Assembly (NCBI GenBank): GCA_027604505.1
Contig: JADIIX010000130.1
Location: 1 to 64,000 of the forward strand
DNA from: Gonapodya sp. JEL0774
Lineage: Eukaryota
Reading direction: 5' to 3'
Length of the DNA stretch: 64,000 nt
Under the pieces are notes generated by a model. That model was not told where the DNA came from. It did no database searches and saw only the letters and a list, made by a program, of their open reading frames with translations. Positions within the stretch are counted from its first letter, which is position 1. Every line of letters starts with the position of its first letter. Made by a program: the position numbers and the translations under genes. Below, piece by piece: positions 25,750-39,333 of the stretch.

Positions 25750-28700
25750 ATGACCACTCTCGACCTGGCAAACGCGGCAATGTTTGCGCCATTTTCCTCG
25801 CTGCCGCTTGATGTCACTGTGTCTTCGGCTGTTCCATCTCTGCAGCAGTCAGACGGGGGACCCAGCCCGAATCGCGTGCAACAACCAAATCCTCCCGCGG
25901 CCATCGTACAAATACCTTTTTCTTTATCTCCAATGTCTGCTCTCCAGCCACCCAGGATGCTCGCACCTGTTGCGGACAGTATGCAGGTGCTCACAGTGGT
26001 GGGACCTGGAGGAGAACAGTATCACCTCACCCCGTCGCAGCGTCAGCCGGACTCCTTGCCTCAGATTCAGCAGCTGGCTGTGATTTCTGGACCGGGGGTA
26101 CTCGCAGCAACTCAGGTTGCCCCGGAGGCAATCCCCACTGAAGATGGGATAGGGCCCCCATCACAACCACAGGATACCTTTCCGCAACAAACGGTGTCCG
26201 TCGCTACACTGGAATCGGTTTCGTCTGCGCTGGCGCAGACCATCCCCACCGTGCAGATGGTCCAGGCCGTACAGATGCCCACCAATGTTGTCCAGCCGCC
26301 TAGACCCTTGGGGTCTCAAATCCTTGCAGAGATCCTCCATCAACATCAAATCCACTCTCCGCAGACGCAGGACGCTGTATTAATGAGCTCAGGTTTGACG
26401 GTGCCGCAGGGAACCCCAGTTGACAATGCCACACAAACCCTTTCTCAATCCCAAAAGGAACATATTCTGGCCTCTTTTGCCGCCGCCAGCTTTCAACAGC
26501 AACAACAGCAACAATTACAGGAGCAAATGCAGCAGCAGCAGCATCAACTTCAGGAGCAAATGCAGCAGCAGCATCATCAACTTCAGGAGCGAATGCAGCA
26601 GCATCAACTTCAGGAGCGAATACAACAGCAGCACCAACTACAGGAACAGTACCACCAACAAATGCAAGAGCAGCACAATCATCTCTTACAAGATCAACAT
26701 CAGCAGCAACAGCAGTTACAGCATCATCACCAACAGCAAATTCTACAGCATAACCACCAGCAGCAACTTGCTGCTCAAACATCTGCCATATCTCCCCTAC
26801 TCGCTCCCGCCCCACTCGCAATGGGACGACTTGTCCACCAAACACACGGGCGAGCGTACTCCTATGGTGGTCAGACTACCAACACTAGCCGCTTCCGTGC
26901 TCACGCCCGCTCTCCCTCTCACTCTTCATTTGGTGTGGTGGGCCAATCTACGTCGAATGGAGTCGGCCTCGCCAACCTCCTCCAACAGGTGCAACTCCAG
27001 CAAGCTCATGCAATCCACGCGTCAGCACCCCATTCCTCGATGGTGCCCTCTACCACCCAACCTTCCTTTTCTCCCCAAATGCAGGGTCAGACCGTCTCGT
27101 ATGTGATGCTTCCCAGTGGAACAACTGTCACACACGTGTCGGTTCCCGCAAACGTCTCACCTTCTATGCAGGAACTGGTAGATTCCGGTGTAATTAGTAT
27201 GGGCCAGCATTCTTCTGTTGCGGCATTTGCCCAGAATGGCGCTGGAACCGTCACGGTCAACTTGGAGGATGAGGGCAACACTTTCAGCCAACCGCCTACG
27301 AGTTTGAGTGCCGTCGGTCAAGATAGTCAACCTGGCTCTCTCACAAACGGAGAATCCATTTCGAGTCTGCCACCTCTGCCTCCCCATATGTCCGTGATCG
27401 TGGATCCCAAGATACCTGATGCGACAGTTTCCGAACGGGATAGCGCGTTTGCCCATGCCATTAAGCGGACGCAGCTGCGGCGATCAGAGACCGGGGACTG
27501 TGTGGATGTCGTGAGTTGCGCGGTTTTCGATTCCCATTAATTGCAAAGTAGGCACTTAGAAAATTGCCGAATATTTCTTTCTAGAACTTGATTTTCAACG
27601 CTCCACCGCCGTCAGATCATCAGGAGACGGTAGATCCTCGAGCAATAGAATCCTTAGCTGACTCGGTCTCAATCTTTGCAACACCAAACGATTTGCCTGC
27701 TGCGGAGGTCGTACTCGTGGGAGGTGGTGCAGAAGAATTATCTGGAACACTGAAGACTACAGAAGATGGTGATGAGATGACCAACAGTTTTCCAAGAGCG
27801 ACGGTTGGGGCTAAGACCGTAGGCCCACCTCGTGTGCCGTTGGCCGTGGAACACGAGCAAAACCACTTGGAAGTGCGTGCTGAGCATCCCGAAACAGTTC
27901 CTGGTAGACTCAAACGACGCAGAGTCAGTGACATTGAAACTCCTTCGGTGGGAACCAAGCGCAAAACTCGCCCACGTGCGTCTGCCCTTTACACATCATC
28001 CGACAACTTATCCGCCGCAACGTCGCCCGACTTGGGTTTTGGAGAAGCGGCTGAGGCCGAAATGCCTGGCATAGACAGCGATGGATCTGACGCACCATCA
28101 AACTCATCAGATGACACAGACTACGCCAGTGGAAGGGAAACACGAAAGCGCTCTTCGAAATCCCAAACAAAAAGGAGTACCTCTGTTGCAAAAAGTTTCC
28201 GTACTGCGCAGATCGCGAAAGCTGCAGACATATCCGAACATCAAGTTGATTCATTGTCTACTATGCATGAAGTGTCTACGGATTCCGCTCGGCCATCCCG
28301 ATTGCGAGCCAGGCGATCGTCCGGGTCACGAAAGGTCAAGGCTGCAGTATCGCGTTTCGATGTGAAGACGATTGTTGTGAAAGCGTCAGATGCGCCAGAG
28401 GGATCGGATATACTACCGGATGGGGTCACAGCGGTGGTTTATCCATGCAGTGTGTGCGATAAGATATGGCCAAAGCTCTACAATCTAAAGGTGAGTTTTA
28501 CGTTTTCGGAAAATCGTATTCAGAGCTTTTGTTTCTCATTAAACATTGCCCTAGTCGCATCTGAAAACCCACATCAGCGAGCGTCCTTTCCATTGTAACC
28601 ACTGCACAGCAACGTTTGTGCGAGGGCATGACCTCAAGAGACACACTCGGCTGCATACCGGGGAGCAGCCTTTCTCTTGCGAGAAATGCCGAAAGAGATT

Positions 28701-28844
28701 CACCCGTTCAGGTGAGATCAAATGACCGTGATATGACATTCCACTGCCTTAATATCACACGCCTCAACAGATGCCCTTCGACGCCACAACCTCGTGGAGC
28801 AGTGTGACCTTGCCCGATCGGAAAGCGACTTGGACCTTGATTAA
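25750..28844 (+). CDS. C2H2 zinc-finger transcription factor (Crz1/Ace2-like fingers) with a polyQ activation region
   Basis: Spliced fingers: [77 protein letters not shown]-rich tract near 26490-26770. Confidence 0.85.
26494..26770 (+). repeat. Coding CAG/CAA-rich tandem repeat ([14 protein letters not shown] units)
   Basis: Repeated cagcatcaacttcaggagc(a/g)aatgcagcag units within the transcription factor ORF. Confidence 0.9.
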
Positions 28845-29011
28845 GGAATTAATTATGATTTGCATCCGTGTTATATTGGACTCTCACTCTCGCATGTTGC
28901 ATCATTCTGCCCTTCACGTTAGACGGAAAGTTACGCCTTGCACAATGTATATGATTGATTACATGATGTTTTCCTTGTTCCCACCCTCACCCGTGTTTGC
29001 CAGTTCATATT

Positions 29012-30241
29012 ATGGGATTCGCGACGCTAGAACCCTTCCTCCCTTCAAGTCTTTCAGCGAAACCTCTCAGTAATCCCGTACCTGCAGGCTATGGAGTCAA
29101 TTCAAAGGTTCCGTCACCGCACTTCATTGCTGTGATGGACACGATCGAAACCCCAGGACAATTCATTCTCCTGCACTTTATCTCAACGTTTCTTCATGGC
29201 CAAGGCGTCTCCAACAACCGGTTAGAAGGTCGCCCAAGAGTCATTCTCATAGCCTTTGTGGAAGTGTGGAATCACTGGGTGTCCGTTCTGTCGAAGCTGG
29301 TCAGTTCGGAATGAACTGAAGGCCCCTCTCACTACCCTCACTTATTCTAACCGCTTCGCTTACTTCGCGAAGGGATTGAATCTTGAAGGGCGCCGAGAGA
29401 TGGGCGCGCTTGTCTTCGTCGATGGCCATTCGGGACTCTGCGAGAACTCACTTCCCACAGAAGATGGGTTTTACGGAACTGCACGCGTTCCAAATCACCA
29501 AATTAATCTCTCGAGGGGACTTTTATCACCTGGAGTGGTTGAAGATGCAATATCTACATTGCGTGCCATTCTTCACCCAATTGGAAACCCACAGCACCCA
29601 GCCAACGAAATGTCGATTGATGGACCAACGGTTGTAGTAGTTGATGATTTGACTGCACTGTTGTACGCTGAATCTTGTCTGGAGGGTGTCTTGGAGTTTC
29701 TGGACGCATTGCGAACTCTAACGACAGAAGTACGTACCTACCAACCTCACTGATTTCAGTCGACGCTCGGCTGTACCGTAGATTCTGGCTCTATTCTCAT
29801 GTTTATCATGTCATGCCTGCAAGGCAAACTGCTCTCTGCTTGTCCTCTCGCACTCGAACTTTGAGATTGATCAGTCATCAATCGACCTGCCATCGGAACA
29901 AATGACCTCCCTCGGAACCGATTTGGATCAGGTGATTCTGAACAGGCACATTGAGCATGTTGCGGATGTCAGTTTTCGAGTCCGACCATTTGAGCATGGT
30001 GTCACGCGAGATGTGAATGGCGAGGTGAAGTCAATGGTCGCCCTTCACATACCAGATAACCATGCACTGATATGTACTTTCTGTCGATCATTATTCGTTG
30101 CGTCCTTGATCAATGGAGGTCACTATTCGAAATAGCTGGAATTCTCAGGAAGGTCCCTCGAAATGTCAGCGACTTACATATAAACTCACTGAAACCAATG
30201 TAGTGTTTTACGCAAGGGGTTTAGCTTTCGGTATTATTTGA
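29012..30241 (+). CDS. ELP6: Elongator complex subunit 6
   Basis: DTIETPGQFILLHF...VILIAFVEVWNHWVSVLSKL|GLNL...LVFVDG; VVVDDLTALL; RVRPFEHGVTRDVNGE; LHYKLTETNVVFYARG. Confidence 0.75.
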
Positions 30242-30388
30242 TATCCACATCACCGGATCACCAAAACCTTTTCCCTCCCCTTCCCCCCTTGATCACCGGC
30301 TCTCGCCTGTGTCATTGTGGCCTTACTTCTGAGCGAACTCTGGACTTGTACATTACAAACGAATGAACGGTAATCACTGATAACATAC

Positions 30389-33300
30389 TCATATACTGTA
30401 AATGAGTCCTTCTTTGGCGACGTTTGTCCAATCACTATTTGTTACGCGGAGACTTTCCCTCACAACCACTTCACTACTCTCCCATGTAACAAAAAAGAGA
30501 TCGAGATTTTGTCCTGACTCGTCAAGTTCCCAATTGGGAGCCTCCCTCACCTCTACTGTCCCTGTTTGTGAAATTGTTGAATTGCGACGGAATGTGAATC
30601 TGATCCACCACTTCCACCCTGCCGCAGTACCCTTGCGAACCGCCGGGTAACTGGAAAGCGAACTTCCCAATTCTTTGTTCTCGATCGCAGTGGTGATAGG
30701 ATCGAATGCCCTCGGCGGCTCAAGTAGTCCGACGGAGCCGCCTTCCAACAAACGACCCACGTCTCCCAGGTCGTACTTGACTCCAGCTTCGGCATCCGGA
30801 CGCCAATCCCGCGTCCTGCCACGGTATATACTGATGATATCACTCAGCCGCCACAAAGCTTTCGGGACTGGCTCGAACTCCTCCACTGAATCTACACGCA
30901 ATCCTTTTCCGCCCTCTTTAATCCTTTGCTCAATATAAGAACCGATGCACGCATCATTCACCTTGATATCAACGCTTTCTTTCGTGATATCGTCGGGAAA
31001 GTATGGCGGCGGCCACGTGTCCCATCGTTGATAGAAAAGCCCGAGGACAAATTCATCTAACACAATGGCCACCGAGTGCACCGCCCCTTCGAGAACGATA
31101 CCAGCAACTGCGTACTGCCTCATCTGTTGACCGTCATCAGGTTCAGGCGAAGTTTCTTCCACAGCCGGAAGCAGAGACTGCAATAGCTTCTCCATGTGTT
31201 CCTGGCTCCACCATCCCCTTCGATTTACTGGTAGATCCAGCCCAAATGTCGACGCTGCCCGATAAAGTCCATCGAGTACGATCGCACCAACTGTCTGGTC
31301 TTTCACCAACAGTACAAACGACGCAATGTCAAAGGGAACAGAACCTTTCCGTCTGCTTGCTTCCTTCGGGTATTCCCGAATGTGGATTGCAATAGTCTGA
31401 GTTCCCCAACCGATGTCAACTCGAGCGACTGCATCTACGGAAAACGAACGATAAAGCTCAAGATGAGTCGCTGGATCCAGGTCCTCGTCTGTTGCTTCCG
31501 TGCGAATGTACGGTAAAGGAAACAAAGGGTGGAAAAAATAGATTCTCCGATCGGAGACCAGAACGTAGACAGGCTGTTCTACCATATCCAACGCCGATGT
31601 CGCTAATGGTGCTGGATGGGGAACCCCGTTTGGAAGTGGCGGCTTTGCTCCAAAAGTAAAGGGTGACGAGCCTCCTGAGACTTTGTGCGGTTGGTAAGAA
31701 GAAGAGAAAGCACCTGGTTGGTGAATGTAGGAGGTCTGCACAACATCGGGTCACAAATGATTACAATGTGGAAAGCACATCTCACTCAATAACTCTCACC
31801 GGTGTCCATACCAGGACCTTTTCATCTTCCCGAGCGATGGCTTCGATTTTGAGCCAAAATAGTAGGGAGTTTCCCAGTTCCTGGAAAGGGATAGATTGAT
31901 CGCCCTCGTCGCCTTGAGATTCGTCCCGTGCTGCTAAAAGCGATGACAGTCCGAAAGACAATGCCGACAAGGTGGGCACTTCCCGGAAAAGAGGATCCAA
32001 CGAAGTACTCTCCGGAGAACTGCTCTGTTCTTTGTCGTCTCGAACACGCTTCTTTTCGTCAATCTGAGAGGTCTTGGTGGAAGTATCGTGACCGTCATCG
32101 ACGATCACAGGAATAGCAGGAACATCCCATCTGGAGACTTCTTCCTCAATCTTTCTCTTCGCCCTCATCTCCCTCTCAGCATCCATCGCCACCCTCCTCG
32201 ACAAAGCTCCAAGCACCACGTCGGGGTGATATTGATCAGTCCTTTCGGTTGACTGGTCCCTCTTCTCGACAGTCTCAGGGATCACTTTGGGAGTCGCCGC
32301 ATCTGCAGCTTTCAGGACAGCATCCGCCAACGATCCGATCGGTACAATGGATACCTTAAGCTCTCCTCTCGCAGCTGTCGTATCCGCATTCGTATTATCG
32401 CCATCAACCGCGGGTCTGGAGAGCCCGTTCAACAAAATTTCGTTCCTCCCTTGGCTGTCGCCGTCATTCGGTGAGCTTGTGCCACTGGGTTTTATGACAC
32501 CAGTCAAACCAGAGGCAGACCTTCCAATTCTTCTCTTCGCCAGCTTTCTGTGATGTGCGACCTCGCCAGTTGATCCTTCTCCTTCACCATCTTCATCCCC
32601 TCCAGTAGTATCGATCTGATTTATAAGGTTCAGGCGAAGAACACGAGTTGATGCAGAGGAAGATGCACCACCTGGTGACTTGTCACGAGTTTTCCTAAGT
32701 GACAAGGTGGGAAATGACAGTTCACGGTGGAGATCGCGTCTCCGCCGCTGAGCATTCGGGGTCGGTGGATTATTGGGCGATGGTGCGGGAGTTGTGACAG
32801 CCGCCGAGGTAAATTTAAACAATTGCAAAGTAGATGATGACACAGCTTCTGGCTGCAGGTCCGTTTCGGGAGCTGTTGGGAGAGCGATTAGGTCATTCGA
32901 AAGAGCCAGTTTACCAGTTAGTCCCGCTTCGTCCGCATCCCCTGCCTTCTTGACGGCACGTTCATCTACAGGTGCTTCTTCTTCTCGAATTTCCGTTTGC
33001 ACACCTAAGCCCTCTGAGGATGATGATTGTAATGGCTCCACCGTCTCAGTTATTAGAGGCACTGCCCGCACCCTTTTTCCAATAACAATTGGTGCTCCCA
33101 GACCTTTTCCTAAAGCGGCCGCAGCAGCAGTTCCTGCTCGTGCGAACTTGCGCTTAGGCACCCCGGTGGGATGAGTGCTCACGAAAGTACCTTGATTGGC
33201 AGACGCTGTCAAGGAAGTAGTGATACCCGCTCCAGAGCCTGAAGCGCTCTTAGGGGAAGCCCCCCATAGCTCGGCTGCTGAGGCAGACGAACCGGCTGTG

Positions 33301-35617
33301 GACGGCCCTCCCACATGTCCGGTTGCCGCTGCCAGAGCTGTATCGAGCTTCGGTGGGCGAAGGGGTTCGTTGGCACGAGTTAAACGGAGCGACAATGCCA
33401 CCTCGATGTCTGAAGAAGTGGGCGTCTTGCCGTTGATTGAGAGGTTTTCGGGAGTTGAGTGGTACGAGAGTATCGTGGGAAGGTAGTCACGCTGCGGAAA
33501 TCAGGAGACGCCGATGCAACTTTAACCACAGGTATCGGAACAATGCAAAAGCAGGAACTGACTTCAGCAGCCAAAGGGTTTCCCTCAAGCCACAAATCCT
33601 TGATCCCTGTGCAGCGCACCACAATGTCTACTATTCCGTCCACCAGCGCAATCTGATTGCCGGCGATATCTAAAGTCTCGAGGTGTGGAGACCGTTCTGC
33701 GACTTCAGCGAGAGACGTAACCGAGTTTTTTCGCAAGCGCAAAATTTGGAGCTTGTTTCCAACAGGAAGGCCACTGAGCGACGTGAGAAGGTTCGAGGAG
33801 AGGTCGATGTTGCGGAGAGACGTGGGGAGATATGAGGGGATCTGTTGGAAAAGATTATCTCGAAGAATGAGCACGGAGAGTCTTGGAGTATGATGGAAGA
33901 GTGCGGCCGGGAGGTGTGTCAGCGAGTTTCCGGACAAATTGAGAGCAAGTAGATTCGGTAGTAGGGGCTGCCGAGAGGAGCTGGAAGACGCCGAGGAGCT
34001 GGACAATAGCGTTGAAGATCCTGAAATGGTTGGACTTCCCAGCAGAAGTTCACCACCATCCCTGAGTCCCTGCTTCATGATGAGCTCCTTGAGTCCTATC
34101 CTTACCACGTCCCAATCACCTAGTGCTGCGGGTCCGAGTCTGTGCATCTCCAAACTCTCCAGTTTAGGGAACCACCGCGCGAGCATGGGGAGTTCCGTGC
34201 GTGAGGGTGGATGTGCTATCCTTCGCTTTCCAACTGGTGCGAGCCGCAAATGGGTAATTCTTCGGAAGAAGTGGAAGAGGAGGAGCAGCGCTTCCGTCGG
34301 TGGTAACGTGCGAGAGCTGGGGAGATGAGAACGAGATGAGGGGCGGGATCCTGCACCCGCACCTGAGGACGAGGAGAGAGACGAGGAGCTGTTTGCGCGA
34401 AACCATGTGAAAGATGGGGGAGGTTCGGCTGGAGACAAGGGGGGGGAGTTTGCGCGCGTCGATGGTGAAGGTGCAAAAGTCACGGTGTGGCTAGGAGGGT
34501 GAGGGATTAACGGCTTCGCAATTGGGAGGGATGGGTCAGCGGGGATTATCGGAGTGGGGCCGTTGCCGTTCCCCTCTGTTGCGACAGTGGAGTCAAATGG
34601 CGATGGTGCAGATAAAGTAGGCGTAGAGCTAGAGACTGCTGTGTTCGATGGTTGAGGTGCGCCGTCCAAAATGTGCTTCACAGTGGCCATCTTCTCGAAT
34701 CTAGATATAATGTAAACCAGATGGTGCACATCGACGGAAAAGATTGTGTCCGGCATGTTTTCCAAAGGCGAGTCCAATGCGATGGGCAGGCGATCTCTTG
34801 AGTGACGGTCCAAGTCTGCGTCTGCTGAGTTCACGAGAGAACTGCCGCGAGAAGGGGGTCGTGCCGCCCCGCCATCCACCACGAGCAAAGACTGCGAGAA
34901 GGCGGTATCAGCAGCGGCAGCAGCTTTTGCAGCCGTGCGCGCCCTAGCTGCGGCCCGCTCAGCTCTTGTGTGGGGCGTAGTTTTCCCATCCTGTGCCCCT
35001 TGGTTGTCCTTTGCGCGGGAAAAGGTGGAGAAAAGACTGGCAAAAGACCTGCTTGAGCCCGAGTCGGATCCCGCACGACGATGTCGGGATCGTGATGGGG
35101 GTGATTGTGCTGCGCTGCCCGGCACGAGAGACTGAGCGGAATCATTCGCTGAGACTGCGGACAAATGGGGCAGGGAGGAGACGGAATCTTCACCAGGAGG
35201 TAGAAAACGACCTTCATTCTTGTGGACATACTGTTGTGTGAAATTGTGAGCGGCATGGTTCCCGAAAATGACGTGTGGGTCAGATAAGGCACGAGCGCCA
35301 GTGGAGCGCGCAAGAAGGCTGACATGTGTCCCCCCAAAACCTCTTTGAGCAACCCTACTTCTCCCTACAAGTTCCCTGGTGTACAGTTACCTTCTGCCCC
35401 GATCCAACTGGTTAACCGGCTCTCCTCCCGTAAGTGGTGAAGGTTTAAGCGCACCCCAACATAGCAAAGTACTCCCTCATCTACTCACCGCTGCGAGGGC
35501 CTGCACAAGCGTGTCGCCATCGATCACGTCCCCTGCTTCTGCACCGTTTGCACTTCCGTTCCCGTTGGCTGTGGTGTGTACAAGCGTCTCACTGCGAACC
35601 CCCTTCGCATCCTCCAT
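30389..35617 (-). CDS. Large leucine-rich-repeat protein (conserved fungal family, nischarin/STK11IP-like), multi-exon
   Basis: First exon MEDAK...IDGDTLVQALAA splices in frame to YVHKNEGRF. VDVHHLVYIISRFEKM motif. LRRs LLALNLSGNSL, LRNIDLSSNLL, LQILRLRKNSV, LETLDIAGNQI, LWLEGNPL. C-terminal PH-like region (VYVLVSDRRIYFF). Confidence 0.7.
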
Positions 35618-36284
35618 CGTTTGAAGAGAAAAGTTTTCCTGTTACCCGCAGCGTCCACCAATAGCACTAATCGTGGAGAGCGAATTGCTTTGACAGTTTT
35701 GACGCTGCTGGGGTTCACCGAAGCAGCGATCACTGTAATATGTATGTAATCAGTCTGATGCTTCATCAAGCTGCACGTTCAGAAAGTTACAAACAACGTA
35801 AAAGTCACTGTACGGTAACGCCCCAATTGAACCAAAAATTATAGACGAATGGTTTTTTTTACTTGGTCGTGGTACCCAAGTTATCTCCTGACGCAGAGCG
35901 TTTCTACAGGTTTACAAACGTATCTTTCACGTATCCTTGGAGCATCTGGATGGTGGATTAGATACAGATTGCGCGTTGATATTTTTGTGCACCACTACGG
36001 CCTATCCTGCCTTGCAGCCTCACTCTTGAGTCTGACGGTGGCAGGGTTTTTATGAGAGAATATTAGAGATAAGAAATTGTCAGTAGCTTATGCGGTAATG
36101 GAAGCAGGAACAAACTTGGATGCAATATAAATGACAGACTTGGTGTTTGTGCAGTTCAAGCGCAAAAGGGTTTCGAAGAGGACAAACAAGTTACACCACG
36201 CGCTCAACTTGGTACATACGCAACGAGAGGACTTGATCCAAATTTGCCTCTTCTTCTCGGCCGACACGTCGTTCGCCCGAGTGA

Positions 36285-39041
36285 ATGGAACCCGAATCGA
36301 GCGGGATCGGAGCGCGCAAAAATGAAACGAAGAATGCCAAACCGTCACTCGGAGTCTCCGTCTCTCGTGGCGCGTCAAAGAGATCGCTGGGGGCCGCATC
36401 GTCTGCCAAGACGAGAGATGTCCTGTCGAAATCAAAGAAACGTGGGTTGTGTCCCGTGTAGGATCAGGCTGATCCGACTCCCGAATGGCCCACGTGTCTC
36501 AAATGAATTGGAATTTGCAATTTCATTAATTCTTTACTCCGTGCTCGGATCTGCGCGTGCGCTCAATGGTTCATACCCCCTGGTATCGTGTGTGCAGCAA
36601 AGAAGCGTTCTCGAAAGACAATCGCGGAACTCGCCATGGATATGGATCTCACAGAAAAGCTCATCGGCGAACAGAACCTAGCACAGGCCAGAATAAAAGA
36701 GTTATTGGAGGAGATTAAGACACTCAAAGCAGTGAGTACAACAGGACCAAGTCATTGAACAATGGTGGCGAGAGTCTTGGGAACATAATAAACGAGGACC
36801 ACAAGCATGGTAGAAGACGTGGTATCTTTGACATGAACTGAACGCAATTAGTGCTCGAAGAGCGATGGCGACCGATGTTTCGGTGGCATCTTTACTGGAG
36901 GGAAGGCACTTCCCATGTCTGCAGAGCACACTCATTCCAACCTCCTGGAACGGGAATGTATAAGCTGTCCAAGGATTGCAACGCCTTGTATCTTTCAACT
37001 CCTGTGCCAACCGTTACTCACTTCTGGATCATCTCTGGATACCCCTCCGTCACCCACCCACCCCCCCCCCCCCCAAAAAAAAACCTCACCCTCTCCTTCC
37101 TTTCGTCCTTCTTTCCCCACCCCCCACCTCTCCGTCTCCCACCTCCGCCGCCCTGTTTTTCTCTCAACCAAACGCCAGACTGAGCGCCTGCAAGACCGTC
37201 ATCTCGCGACCCTCCGCGACCAACAGTCGTCGTTTCCCTCCCTCCTGCAGTCCCTCCACACCGACCTCCGCGCTGTAAAACACGCCCACCAAGTCATCGC
37301 AGCGAAGCTGAGGGAAGAGGAGCGTAGGAACGCGGGCTTGGTCGAAGAGGTGGTCAGATTGAGGGAGAGATGTGAGGGGTCCGGGGGTGGAAGTGGAGGG
37401 AGGGTAGCGTACGGAGGGTACTTAGATGGTGCTGGCCACGCGCAAGCAGGAGGGGGCCTGCTGTCTGCTGCCAACGATGCAACAGGCGCCGCGGCCCACG
37501 ACTCCACCTCTCCTCGCTTGTCCGATGTACCCGCCACCACCGACCTCCCCGCCCACCTGCGCCATGACTTGCACTTGGCCCTCTCCCGCGCGCACGCCGC
37601 AGAACGGCGGGTGCAGCTGGCTGATAAGGAAGCCGAGCTGGCAAGAGTGCGTGTGGAGAAATTGGAGGAGGAAAAGAAGAGGTACGAGGGGGAGTTGGCG
37701 AGATATCGGAGAATGGCAGAGGAGGGAGAAAAGAGGGTTAAGGTGGGTAGTGGCGGGAGGACATGTGCGGTTCCGGCGGGAAGGCGGTGAGCTGCACCTC
37801 TCGCTTGTCTTGGGGTTGGAGGGCCAAAGTGGCGACGCCCGATCACTCACTACCCATGGCTCCCCTCTCGCACCGCACTGCACTGCCTGACTCAAATTCA
37901 ATCGTGCTGTCACTGTCTACAGGACGCCGAACGCCGCCTCGACTTGCGCCGCAGATCTCGGTCCTCACGATCACAGTCACCGTCACCGTCACCTGCAATT
38001 CATTCTCATACCGTAGTCACCCCGCACCCCTCGCACTCCCCATCGCCCTCGCCCTCTCTTTCTCCTTCTACAGTACCGACTTCGCCATTCAAACCGGCGC
38101 CCGCTCACACTCACCCCGTCCCACACCGTACCCCAGGGTTCTCCTCCCCGGCCCACACGAGAGTGCTAACACGCTCACCGTCCAAGGGGCCTCGTTCCAG
38201 GCACGTTACATCTACCACGACGACAACCAATACGACTGTGATCTCCCACAAGCGAGCCGCTGGTCAGGTGCCGACAGGGAGATCCAACGCAGCGTCCCCC
38301 ACCGCAGATCGTGGAGCGGCGGGGGCGGATACACAAAAAGAGTCGCTACCAGCCTCTGGTGGATTTTTACAAAACCCGCACACCGCGAGCGATCAGTCGT
38401 CCGCAACAACCGTCACCACTGCTGACCCCTCTCACCGCCCAACTTCCTTGTCCCCGCCCCCACCACACTTTACCGCCTCCCACGACTCGGCAACCCCATC
38501 CACGGTGTTCAAGCCCAATTTGTTCGCGAAACCTAAAGGGACAGCCGTGCCGGGACCGATGTCACCAGCACAAGCGGTGACAGCAGCTCCTTCTCACACA
38601 CAGTCCACAGCCACCCCGAACGCGGTATCGCCCGTACACCCAGCGACAACCGTCATTGCGCAGTCGAGCTTGCCCGGACCTCCCCCTGCCTTGTCGTTCC
38701 TCAACCCTGAGGGACAATCAACGAATCCGATGCCACGCACTCGCGCGGCAAGCCGGGCAGAGGAAAGACATGCCGCAAAATCTGTATCCCCTCCTCCACC
38801 GCGTGACGTTAATGTGACTCCCTTTAACAAAAATGCTCCGGCTTCGACACTCAAACCCACCCCAGTAATAGCCACGACATCAGGTTATGTCCCATCATCG
38901 TCTACATTCCGCCCAGCGGGCGTCGCCGGGGCGGGCTTGGGAGCGGGGAGAATGGTGCGGGTGGAGATTGGTGGTGGTGTCAAAGGCGGAAAGGAGGAGG
39001 AAGAGGAGGGTTTTGAGGAGTTGGAGGTAGAAAGCATGTGA
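36285..39041 (+). CDS. Coiled-coil protein resembling lebercilin (LCA5 family) with a Ser/Pro-rich tail
   Basis: Four in-frame GT-AG exons give ...ARIKELLEEIKTLKA|TERLQDRHLATLRDQQSSFPSLLQSLHTDLRAVK..., matching by eye the lebercilin pattern 'ENxxLKxLQxRQxxALxxxxxxExxLPxLI...xxEVRxLR'. Confidence 0.55.
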
Positions 39042-39333
39042 GCGGACGGAGGGGTTCTGCATTATTATTATCGAGTTCCCTGCGATATGGAAAAGAATTA
39101 ATTAATTTTTGTATCTCTCTCTCGCTGTGGAGAGTTCTCCAATGTTCTTTTGGAGTTCAGAGTGTGCGTATTTCGATGTTGATCTCATGGGAGTGATCGA
39201 TCAGTCTTCGCATGTGTTTGTGAGTCTGTGCTGAACCCACAACCGACCAAGCCAGCAGAGTCCCGGTCGACAAGTCCGGCGCTTTGTTCTCGCTGGACTC
39301 GCTCTGAATTTCCTGTTTCCCTCCGCCCTCTCA

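Noticed and set aside
26494..26770. CRISPR-like array
   Set aside because: This is a eukaryotic in-frame polyQ repeat without unique spacers.
35157..35256. Alternative start MPLTISHN for the LRR gene
   Set aside because: The upstream exon at 35617 splices in frame and restores the family-like GD.LVQALAAYVHKNE motif, so it is preferred.
37050..37090. Poly-C/poly-A run as a retroposon tail or regulatory element
   Set aside because: It is an intronic low-complexity homopolymer with no associated element or target-site duplication.
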